IMG/VR virus record: IMGVR_UViG_3300028887_000067
Location: 32,001 to 96,000 of that record
Source: a virus
Taxonomy: Duplodnaviria > Caudoviricetes
Strand: one strand, 5' to 3'
DNA length: 64,000 nucleotides
Part shown: in pieces, positions 29,380 through 37,882 of the stretch
Numbering within the stretch: the stretch's first letter is position 1
How the letters are laid out: every line of letters starts with the position of its first letter
Position numbers and translations under genes: made by a program
The notes under the pieces: generated by a model
Database searches by the model: none
Told to the model about the DNA's origin: nothing
Seen by the model: only the letters and a program-made list of their open reading frames with translations

Positions 29380-31083
29380 CTATGCCGGTGGAATGGGAGG
29401 CATCGGGGGAGCGCCTGGGCCACCCATACCGCCCTGTTCCTCGGTATCGGATTCATCCCCTTCGCCGGAGGCCTCCTTTTCCTCCTGCTTGCACCATTTC
29501 TTGTTGAGCAGGTATACTTCGTCGGTAAGGCGGAGTCCGTAACGGAGAGCGAACTGCTTCGAAAGTGCGCCGTTCGGGTTCTCCTTGCTAGACACGTGCT
29601 TCATCATAGAATCGAAGACCGCGAGCTTGGTAGTCCATTCCTCGGAGTCTATGAAGTTCTTGAAGCCGTTGGACTTCTTGAAGCGCACGGTGTAGAGTTC
29701 CTGGATCTTGATGTTGTCATCGATAGTATTATCGGTATTCATCACCATGATGAGGAGCCTAATGAGGATTTCCTCGAATGGGGTCTGGTACCGTTCAACG
29801 AGACGAGCGAACGATACTTCCGCCTGGGTGACTTCACCGATCTTACCCTGCGAATAGTTCTGGGAATCGCCCGCGAGCGCGGTTATACGTCCGGGAGGCA
29901 CCATCAAGGCGTTTACCAAGTTTCTCTTGAAGAATTTCAAGTCGTCAATGTTGCCGAGCTGGTCGCCGCCGGCCATTCGCTCAATGCCGGAACCGGTTCG
30001 GCCGTTTCCGACGCCGATGACAAAGTGTTCAGTCAATCCGATTGCCTTGCCAAAATTGGTAATCTCGCCGGACATCGGGTTGTAATCAAGCTTGCGGGAG
30101 AACATCTTGGCCTGGTCCTTCATGTACTTTTCTGCGGTAGACTTGGTCATACCGGAGACGTCGCACTTGAGGACGAGCTTTTCAGAACCCCAGAGAACGC
30201 GGTACATAACCACCGAGTCCTCGATCGTGTTCAATTGGTTGTACGGCTTCATAGCCGGTTCAAGAATGGAGCGCGGGTCGTTAATACCACCCGGACCGGC
30301 CATGCCTAGCGATGCGTAAAGGATCTGTTGCGGGGAGAAGTCGATATAGTTCTTGCCATTGGTCTGCTGTGACACGGGGCCGGTAAGCATCTGGCGGAAA
30401 CCGATTATCAGGTTGTCCTGCACCACGATGATCATGTTTTCCTCGGGCAACATGTTCAAGCCGACGATTTTCTTGGATTCTGTGTCGTAGATGACCTCGA
30501 AGAAAATCCTTCCGCGTCGGAGAAGATATTTCATATATTCCCAGCCTCTCGAATGGAGCTGGAAAATGCGTCGCAACACCTGCTGGCGGAAAATCTTACC
30601 GATCTTTATCTTGACGGCGTCGCCGATTTCGGCATCGGGGTCAATCTTCAGCGAGCAGATCTCGTCGAGGTCGTCCTTGTACATACCCTCGTTACAGAGC
30701 TGAATCAACGACTCGTTGACCTCGGAGCGACAGGCGACCGTATCGTATTTCAAAGCCCGTTCAACGTTCTTTCTCCAATATAGTTCGGCCTGATTTTCCG
30801 CGATCGCGTTCTGTACCTTGTCGGGATCTATCTTGGCGGTCGAGATACCGAGGGCGGGCATGTAGCTGCTGAACCCGTCCGGCGTATTGCCGTTGGGGTA
30901 CATCATCTGGCTTATGCCCTGGCCGACTATATTCCGCGACGCCCTAATCTGCCGGACAACGTCGCCCCGGTTAAAAATCCTATCAAAGAGCTGGCCTTTC
31001 TCGTTGGCAGCCCCATAATCGCGGACGTGCGAAAGCACCCTTGACGCGACAGTATCGATATGTGGCGGTTTCTTTCCTAGCAT
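29380..31083 (-). CDS. gp20: Portal protein gp20-like
   Basis: 'SILEPAMKPYNQLNTIEDSVVMYRV...AEKYM...LGNIDDLKFF..L..ALMVP.GR...EVSF.R.V.R' are T4 gp20 motifs. Confidence 0.92.
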   Translation of the reverse strand: MLGKKPPHIDTVASRVLSHVRDYGAANEKGQLFDRIFNRGDVVRQIRASRNIVGQGISQMMYPNGNTPDGFSSYMPALGISTAKIDPDKVQNAIAENQAELYWRKNVERALKYDTVACRSEVNESLIQLCNEGMYKDDLDEICSLKIDPDAEIGDAVKIKIGKIFRQQVLRRIFQLHSRGWEYMKYLLRRGRIFFEVIYDTESKKIVGLNMLPEENMIIVVQDNLIIGFRQMLTGPVSQQTNGKNYIDFSPQQILYASLGMAGPGGINDPRSILEPAMKPYNQLNTIEDSVVMYRVLWGSEKLVLKCDVSGMTKSTAEKYMKDQAKMFSRKLDYNPMSGEITNFGKAIGLTEHFVIGVGNGRTGSGIERMAGGDQLGNIDDLKFFKRNLVNALMVPPGRITALAGDSQNYSQGKIGEVTQAEVSFARLVERYQTPFEEILIRLLIMVMNTDNTIDDNIKIQELYTVRFKKSNGFKNFIDSEEWTTKLAVFDSMMKHVSSKENPNGALSKQFALRYGLRLTDEVYLLNKKWCKQEEKEASGEGDESDTEEQGGMGGPGAPPMPPIPPA

Positions 31084-31084
31084 G

Positions 31085-31282
31085 TTATCCCCACGTTACG
31101 ACCAATCCGTTATACTCAATAACGAACTTGGGTTTACGTTCCTTGACGTAGTATTCGTAAAATTCCTTGTTGTTTATGTTTTTTGACAGGAGTCGCTTGT
31201 TCAACAGAAGGCAATTAGTGACGAGCAGGAAGTCGTCAGCGCCGACATGGAACATAGGCAACCCGTTATAGTTATCGACCAT
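31085..31282 (-). CDS. Hypothetical protein (65 aa; start corrected to MVDNYNG)
   Basis: Fills the gap between the 246-aa gene and portal; overlaps the upstream stop. Confidence 0.5.
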   Translation of the reverse strand: MVDNYNGLPMFHVGADDFLLVTNCLLLNKRLLSKNINNKEFYEYYVKERKPKFVIEYNGLVVTWG

Positions 31283-32012
31283 AGGACGCCAACTGCCTCC
31301 ATAACCGACCGTAGTCGTCCTCGTCGCCGTCGCCGTGGCAAAGCTCAGACTTAGCGATATGCTTGGCGAGCCGCACCGCAAGAAGGTGCCCTTCGGGCAA
31401 CAACTGCCTGTAGTCGCACAACCCACCCTTCTTCATATAGTCAATAAGTTCTCCACGCGACCCAACCGACCTTACGTTGAACGTAGCCTCTACGGACGGG
31501 AGGACATAGTTATTGAACGATTCCTCCGAGACGAGCTCGCCGTTATTCTTGATCGAGGCAATTATAAAGTTCGCAATGGTCAATGCACGTTCGAGTCGCT
31601 GTTCCTTTGTCAGGCCTTCCTCGCTATCGCCCTCGGCGTACTCGCCACGGCCACGCTGTTCCGGCGGGAGGTACGCGGTTTCCTCGACCAGGGAGATGAC
31701 CGGGTCGAACCTGTCCCAGTACCCTTCGACCTTGCCGCCGTTCATCAAGTACATAGGGTCAATGTCGTCGTAGTCGGCGGTCAGCGACTGTACGCCGCGT
31801 TCGCCAAGCATGGACTTAATGCGGGCGACGAACTTGTCAAGGTTAGTATAAGCCCATTCAGCCGGGTGCTCCCCGATGGGATTCCCCATGTCGTCCACGG
31901 CGCCCGTAAAATACGAGTCGCTTCGGTCGGTAGGACAACGAAGGCGTTTAACCAAGTAAGCGTAGACGATATCGTCAAATTCTTTCTTTCGATTACGGTA
32001 ATGTGTAGCCAT
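31272..32012 (-). CDS. Conserved T4-like putative virion protein
   Basis: 'DIVYAYLVKRL..P....Y..G.VDDMGN...AYT.LDKFV..IK.ML' recalls a family common in T4-like myoviruses; GGGGGAG RBS. Confidence 0.5.
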   Translation of the reverse strand: MATHYRNRKKEFDDIVYAYLVKRLRCPTDRSDSYFTGAVDDMGNPIGEHPAEWAYTNLDKFVARIKSMLGERGVQSLTADYDDIDPMYLMNGGKVEGYWDRFDPVISLVEETAYLPPEQRGRGEYAEGDSEEGLTKEQRLERALTIANFIIASIKNNGELVSEESFNNYVLPSVEATFNVRSVGSRGELIDYMKKGGLCDYRQLLPEGHLLAVRLAKHIAKSELCHGDGDEDDYGRLWRQLASYGR

Positions 32013-32020
32013 ATCTCCCC

Positions 32021-34198
32021 CTACATCGACGCGGCAAGGGTCTGGTCATGCGTGAAAACCATATCCCAAGTGTTCTTGTTTTTAAGGTTGTCGTTCAAAA
32101 TAAAGCAGGGGACGGACGGCTGAGGCGCCGCTCCCATCGCAATATCCGGATGCGGTTTTTTCGGGTCCTGCCAAACTTCCACGTGGAACGCGGGGTCCTT
32201 GACTTTCGGGCCACCATATTCAGCCGGGCCCATAAACGCCTTCAAGTAACCTTCAAGCTTGGTCTCGTAGCAGGCCACGTTGAAACGCTTCATCTGCGCC
32301 TCGGATAGATGGAACTGCTTCCTAGTTTCGGTCGGGCCAATATCAACCGCCTGTATGACGTTTTGGTCATATCCGTGATTGGAAACAGGCGTGCCGGCAG
32401 CGAGAAACTCTTCGCACTTCTTCTGCATATTGGCCTTGGCCTCCTTCATGGCGGCAGGGTCTTCAATTTTCTTCAGGGTGCCGTTATTTACGCGCTTGGC
32501 AACCTTGGTATACTCCTCGTCAACAGCCTTTCCAGGAGCCCTATAATTCACCGATATCTGTCCGTTATGACTCTGGCGGTTGTTGAACATCACACGGGCT
32601 TGGGCCTCGGGACTGCGATACACAGAAGTAATGACAACGCCGGGAACTTGTGCCTTCGCCATTATATAGCGAATAGTGGCCATCGTCGTATCAGACACTG
32701 CATTGGAACCCTTTTCCGCCCTGTTAAGCACCTTGAAATTTTCTGGGTCAATCGGCAACGCAATGTTCTTATTCTCATACACGAGTATCGTGCCCTTCAT
32801 CAGCCAACCAAAATTCCGCTTCAACAAATGCGGCATCGACTGCTCGGCGGGAACCGGCGTCTTTCCAAACGCGATAGTGTCGACACCGCACTCGCGGTAG
32901 ATCTTGTTAGCCTCGTCGATACGGCGACGGCGCAAATGGTAAGCGTTTGGATTTGTGTCATACGTCATATGCGACAGAATGTCGGCAATCAGCTCGAAAT
33001 GAAGATAGGCGAGCTTACTGTCCTTTGGGACTCCGTTGGCCACGAGAACATTCTTACCGTAATCAGATTCGGTCGCATTTACAACTTCCTTGTTGTCATT
33101 CAGATACTTCATTCCAGGAAGCATATGGAGCGTCATCGTCTTAGAAGAACCGATTAGATAAGCCATTCCGACGTTGGCGCAATAGGATATAAAACCAGAT
33201 TCGGGACAAATGTTCGGGTCGACTGCAAGACCGTTGGTCTGCAAATAACTGCACACGGCCGTCTTTACCGCCTCCGGGCAGGAGTTGTGCGTGATGCAAC
33301 CCCAATGCAGGTAAGCCCAGTTGTTATCATTCTTGATGGCGCCCCACAACATGAGCTGAACCATCTTGAAATATGCCAACTGCAACTGTCCCTCGGTAAG
33401 CTCGAAATCCTTCTCCTTGTCGGTCAGTTCGGAGTACATCTTTCCAGAAACCGCGTAGAGATGGTTGAACTCCTCGGCGGAAAGCCCGTTCTTCGCGTCA
33501 CCAACCGGATTCCCCTCATCGTCAATATCGGGAACGGAGAAAATCATCTTGAGAACGAGCAAGCGTGCTACGCCGCCCGTATTGAGCTTGATTCCCGCAC
33601 CGATAGCCACACCGCCGTCGTCCGCCTCGTACAGGCGATTCGACTTGAAAGTCTCGTGGTCGTAAAGGAACGTCCAATCAGGAGGATATGAACCCTTCTT
33701 GAACGCATTCGCAAAACTTATAGGTAGGCCATTGAAACCTATACAGATCGGCGGGATTACATCCGGGTCGAACTTACATCCGCCCTGGATGGCGGCCACC
33801 AGGCTGGAAAGCGACTGACGAGTAGCCTCTGCGGCTCCATTGGTCAGTCCGCCAAGAGCTGCACCGATTCCGTCAAGTTCAGCGGCTGACATAGAACCTC
33901 GCTGGTCCAGCTTGTTGATTATTCCGTCCACGCCTGGGTAAAGTACGCCATATTCGTCGTTACTGAGATAGTCCTGCAACATGTCGGCGATCGCGGCGCA
34001 CAAGTCAGAAATCCTGTGACGGTTGTATTCGGGAACGGACGCCCGTTGCCACGGGGTCAAGTTGTTAGCCTCGTCAGCGATATCGAAAAATCCGTGCTTG
34101 TTCATGATTTCGTAAAACTTGCCGGAAGTACCCTTGGCCTTCTCGGTAGCCTTCTCAATCATTCCCTTGGTGCGCCCGGAAAAATGTCCGTTCAACAT
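32021..34198 (-). CDS. Putative virion-associated peptidoglycan hydrolase (lysozyme-like + M15 peptidase)
   Basis: 'LYEADDGGVAIGAG' and 'LRRRRIDEA' are lysozyme-like; 'ITSVYRSPEAQ...SNH...AVDI...AFHVE' is an M15 zinc peptidase pattern. Start placed after TATAAACT at 34215-34222. Confidence 0.6.
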   Translation of the reverse strand: MLNGHFSGRTKGMIEKATEKAKGTSGKFYEIMNKHGFFDIADEANNLTPWQRASVPEYNRHRISDLCAAIADMLQDYLSNDEYGVLYPGVDGIINKLDQRGSMSAAELDGIGAALGGLTNGAAEATRQSLSSLVAAIQGGCKFDPDVIPPICIGFNGLPISFANAFKKGSYPPDWTFLYDHETFKSNRLYEADDGGVAIGAGIKLNTGGVARLLVLKMIFSVPDIDDEGNPVGDAKNGLSAEEFNHLYAVSGKMYSELTDKEKDFELTEGQLQLAYFKMVQLMLWGAIKNDNNWAYLHWGCITHNSCPEAVKTAVCSYLQTNGLAVDPNICPESGFISYCANVGMAYLIGSSKTMTLHMLPGMKYLNDNKEVVNATESDYGKNVLVANGVPKDSKLAYLHFELIADILSHMTYDTNPNAYHLRRRRIDEANKIYRECGVDTIAFGKTPVPAEQSMPHLLKRNFGWLMKGTILVYENKNIALPIDPENFKVLNRAEKGSNAVSDTTMATIRYIMAKAQVPGVVITSVYRSPEAQARVMFNNRQSHNGQISVNYRAPGKAVDEEYTKVAKRVNNGTLKKIEDPAAMKEAKANMQKKCEEFLAAGTPVSNHGYDQNVIQAVDIGPTETRKQFHLSEAQMKRFNVACYETKLEGYLKAFMGPAEYGGPKVKDPAFHVEVWQDPKKPHPDIAMGAAPQPSVPCFILNDNLKNKNTWDMVFTHDQTLAASM

Positions 34199-34263
34199 TC
34201 CATTCATATTTCGCAGTTTATAATCTTCCAAGGCGTGTACCTAAGAAATTAGCTCATAACGAC

Positions 34264-34291
34264 AAAAAAGCCGTCCCTCGCGGGACGGCTT
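34264..34291 (-). terminator. Intrinsic terminator
   Basis: AAGCCGTCCC-TCGC-GGGACGGCTT with U-tract on the minus strand. Confidence 0.8.
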
Positions 34292-34310
34292 CCGGATACT
34301 ATCTAATATC

Positions 34311-36176
34311 TTATCCGTTGCGCACTGATTCGACCAGCGCATCGAGTTCAGCCTGCAGAGAGGCATTATCGTTTACAGCGGGAGCCGGATCCTGGGTAGC
34401 CTCGAGCTTCGGCTCTTCCTTCGGAGTTTCCTTAGGAGCCTCGGCGACGGGGGCCGGTTCAACCTTTTCGGTAGATTCCACCACCGGCTCAGCCTTGGGC
34501 TTCACCTCGATGGACTCGAGAAGAGAGTTCAACTTCGAACCGAGGGTTTCGGCCGGAGTCGGCTGAACGGATTCAACCACCGGTTCAACCTTGGCCGGTT
34601 CTTCCTTGGTTGCCTTAGCTGCTTCGAAAGCGGCCTTGGATGCCTTGGCGTACTCACCAACGATAGACTCAATCTTCGCGGCCTTCTTGCGAGCGGCCTC
34701 GTCCTTGTGGAACTGGGCAATCACACTCTCGACCTGGGCCTTAGCCTTGGCCTTACGATCGGCCTTGTTATAGGCCTCTATCTGAGCCTGCACCTTTTCG
34801 GCGATGTAGTCGGCGCGGAACTGGCCGGTAATCGCTTCCACCTTGGCGGAAATGTCGTCAGTGCTTTCCTGGACGGGCTGAGATTCGTCGGCCTTGGCCG
34901 GCGTACCACATTCCTGGACGGGCTGAGTTTCATCCGTCTTGGCCGGCGTACCGCATTCCTGTACAGGCTGAGTTTCGTCCGCCTTGGCGGGAACACCGCA
35001 TTCCTCGACAGGAGTCGCTTCATCGGCGGCAACGGCTTCACCTTCCGGAATAGCCTCTTCCTTGGCGGTTTCCTCAACCTCAGTAACGTCGGCGTTTTCG
35101 GTCAGGACTTCCGCTTTCTTGGCAACGGCCTCGAAATCGAAATCATCGTCCTTGTCGTCTTTCGGTTCGTCCTTGTCGCCCTTGTCATCCTTGGGTTCGT
35201 CCTTCGGTTCATCCTTAGGTTCGTCCTTTGGCTCGTCCTTCGGAGCGTCGTCGCCCTTCGGGCCTTCATCGCCAGCAGGGGCGGCATCGCCACCAATGTC
35301 GGCATCGAGGTCGCCGAGTTCGGCATCCATATCAGCGTCAAGTCCATCCAATCCGTCAAGCTTGCTCGCATCGAGGTCGTCTGCTGGGGCAGGTTCGCCA
35401 CCGAGCTCAGCATCCATGTCGGCATTGAGGGCATCGTCGATACCGCCCGCCACGCCATCAACCGGAGCTACTCCGTCGACAGGCGGCTCAGGAGAAGCCA
35501 GCGGGTCTTCGGCAGGAGCGGCAAGCGGATCAGCGCCGAGGCCGTCGTCGACATTCGGCTCGAGAGTCGGCTGGTCAGGTTCGACGGTCGGAGGAACCGG
35601 GTCCATCACAGGAGCGGCGCCGTCAGCCGTCGGGTCGGCCATCGGGTCGGCGGGAGCGTCTGCCGGAGCACCTGCATCGTCGGCACACGGGGCGAAGTCA
35701 GGGTCAGTCTGCGTTCCGTTCGGCTGTGCATCGGACACGTTCTGGGACTGCTGGACATTCTTGGCGTTGGAAATGGTCTGCTGGATGAAGCCTTCAAGGT
35801 CGCCCTTGATCAAGGAACCACCACGGGCAAGGGACGCGCACTGCACACCCTGGCACAGACCGGCGATATCGCTACGGGTAATCGTTGAGCCAGGAAGCTT
35901 AGCGGCCTGCTTGGCAAATTCATCGATCACGAAACGCTGGGTAGCTTCGTCCTGGAGGTCGTCGCCCATCTGTGCGAAAGTCTCGCTCGTATCGCCGAGG
36001 TTGGGCTCGTTGGACGGGTTGACAGTCATCAGGTCATCGAAAGACTTCGGTTCGAAATCCTCCGCAGGGGGCAGACCAAGGTCCATCTGGCTGCCTACAG
36101 ATTCCAGTTCAGCCTTCGCATCATCAAGGGCGAAGATGTCCCGAACTGCCTTCTTGTTCAAATCTGCCTGTTTCAT
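34311..36176 (-). CDS. Acidic low-complexity protein, likely protease-processed head core protein (621 aa)
   Basis: Very D/E/A/P-rich; many hydrophobic-x-E-[SA] sites; AAGGA RBS; AATAAACT at 36220-36227. Confidence 0.6.
   Translation of the reverse strand: MKQADLNKKAVRDIFALDDAKAELESVGSQMDLGLPPAEDFEPKSFDDLMTVNPSNEPNLGDTSETFAQMGDDLQDEATQRFVIDEFAKQAAKLPGSTITRSDIAGLCQGVQCASLARGGSLIKGDLEGFIQQTISNAKNVQQSQNVSDAQPNGTQTDPDFAPCADDAGAPADAPADPMADPTADGAAPVMDPVPPTVEPDQPTLEPNVDDGLGADPLAAPAEDPLASPEPPVDGVAPVDGVAGGIDDALNADMDAELGGEPAPADDLDASKLDGLDGLDADMDAELGDLDADIGGDAAPAGDEGPKGDDAPKDEPKDEPKDEPKDEPKDDKGDKDEPKDDKDDDFDFEAVAKKAEVLTENADVTEVEETAKEEAIPEGEAVAADEATPVEECGVPAKADETQPVQECGTPAKTDETQPVQECGTPAKADESQPVQESTDDISAKVEAITGQFRADYIAEKVQAQIEAYNKADRKAKAKAQVESVIAQFHKDEAARKKAAKIESIVGEYAKASKAAFEAAKATKEEPAKVEPVVESVQPTPAETLGSKLNSLLESIEVKPKAEPVVESTEKVEPAPVAEAPKETPKEEPKLEATQDPAPAVNDNASLQAELDALVESVRNG
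34860..35030 (-). repeat. 45-bp coding tandem repeat (PAKADETQPVQECGT), about 3-4 copies
   Basis: Visible in DNA and protein. Confidence 0.8.
35150..35270 (-). repeat. 12-bp coding repeat (PKDE)n
   Basis: PKDEPKDEPKDEPKDEPKDD in the translation. Confidence 0.75.
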
Positions 36177-36243
36177 TTATAGTATCCTTTGTTACAGCCG
36201 ATTAGGCCAATTTTCCAATAGTTTATTACGCGGTTAAGATTTT

Positions 36244-37842
36244 TTAATTTTCGTCATAGGCGATAACAAGGTCGGGTACGCAATAACCCGGAGGCGAGCT
36301 CCCGCTGACTTCCAGCTGCAAGTAGACATAGTCAGTCTCGCCGGCCTGCAACGGGTTATAGATACCGCCATCCACCCGACACAGGTTGTACTGCCCGCAC
36401 ATCGAGAGCTGCTGGTTGTAGACGTAGCTTCCCATCCCCGGACGAGAGACGCACTGGTAAGCGTTGATGCACTTGCCCGCCTTCAACACCAGTTCTGGGT
36501 CAACATCGATCACTTCGGCGTCGGTTCCGCCATTGGTAACGTAAACCCCGTCGACCACCACGTCATCGACAAAATTCGCAATCGGCGAATGCGGATTCCC
36601 TATGAAACGCAACGGGTATGACCCGCCGGCCCTGTTAACGAATCGGTACACCTTGTTGAGGTCAAACGTCAGCATCGGACGGCGAACGCCGCCCACAATG
36701 TAGCTGAACTGACCCAAATTATCGCACTCGGCCATAACCTCGTATACTTCCATCGGCTTACCCTTGAACAGGTGCGACTCGTCATAGTAAGGACGGCCTT
36801 CCTCAGGAACACTCCGATAAATGAACTCGTTGTTCCCGTTGTCCTCAGTTACAAACCATCCATCGTTCGGGACATACAGCTCGTGCATAGGAGACCCCGG
36901 ACGAACATATGTCGGAACGAAACTGACCGCGTTGGTGTTCATCAGTCTTGCAGGTACGACAATATGGCCCGTGTTGAAGTTCGGGTTCCCATTGACGGGA
37001 GGAATCTTGTATACGAGCCCATGCTTTCCCTCATTGGCCATCAGGTCAATGACCTCGCCAGTTATCGGATCTCTGTCATAGACGACGAGGTACAGCGAGT
37101 TACCCTCGACGTGGATATATTTCGACGGGAGCGAAGCGTTCAGGTCAATCTTTCCATCGGCATACGGGATGAACTGAACCATCGACGCAGTCGGCGCATT
37201 CGTATTGTTCACGAACTCGATACGGATTGGCCCGCCCTTCTCCTCGACAATCCGGTTGGGGTCGGTATAAGACGGGACCGGGATAAGAGGTTGGCGCTCG
37301 CCATTGAGGTAAATCAGGTTGCCGTAGCCGCAATCCTTGTACTCGACTACATATCTGTACGTAGACAGGCGCTGGTCCGGAAACTGGCCATACTGACCCG
37401 CAACAGTCAGATAAAACGGGTGTTCCTTGCTGTAATTCCAGATATCGTTCACCGCGATTCCGGATTTTTGGTTTGTCGGACGGCTATAAGAAACAGAATT
37501 GCCGATGTACAGCCTTGCAGCCAACAGATCAGTCGGGCGTTCGCCTACGGGGTATATGCGGATATTGCTGAGCTGTACATCGGGCGGATTAACCAAATGC
37601 AACTTGAACACGCTTTCCATCGAATATGCGTAGCAGTTCGGGTCGTCGGGCCGGTAAATGCAATATAGGGCTGACTCGCTTGCGTCGTCCGACGGAATCG
37701 TCATACCGGAACCCTGGAACTGCTCAGAACTATAGACGGAAGGTACGCACGTGTCGACGCGCTTGATACCGATAGAAGAGACCGGCGTACCGAAATCGCC
37801 GTCCCGTCCAGTATATTTCTTAATAATCACACTAGCCGACAT
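36244..37842 (-). CDS. Putative virion structural protein (start corrected to MSASVIIKKY)
   Basis: Beta-rich; C-terminal 'DYVYLQLEV...YDEN'; TATAAACT at 37869-37876. Confidence 0.55.
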   Translation of the reverse strand: MSASVIIKKYTGRDGDFGTPVSSIGIKRVDTCVPSVYSSEQFQGSGMTIPSDDASESALYCIYRPDDPNCYAYSMESVFKLHLVNPPDVQLSNIRIYPVGERPTDLLAARLYIGNSVSYSRPTNQKSGIAVNDIWNYSKEHPFYLTVAGQYGQFPDQRLSTYRYVVEYKDCGYGNLIYLNGERQPLIPVPSYTDPNRIVEEKGGPIRIEFVNNTNAPTASMVQFIPYADGKIDLNASLPSKYIHVEGNSLYLVVYDRDPITGEVIDLMANEGKHGLVYKIPPVNGNPNFNTGHIVVPARLMNTNAVSFVPTYVRPGSPMHELYVPNDGWFVTEDNGNNEFIYRSVPEEGRPYYDESHLFKGKPMEVYEVMAECDNLGQFSYIVGGVRRPMLTFDLNKVYRFVNRAGGSYPLRFIGNPHSPIANFVDDVVVDGVYVTNGGTDAEVIDVDPELVLKAGKCINAYQCVSRPGMGSYVYNQQLSMCGQYNLCRVDGGIYNPLQAGETDYVYLQLEVSGSSPPGYCVPDLVIAYDEN

Positions 37843-37882
37843 AAAACCCGCGTGTTCACTTTTCCCGCAGTTTATAAGGTTT

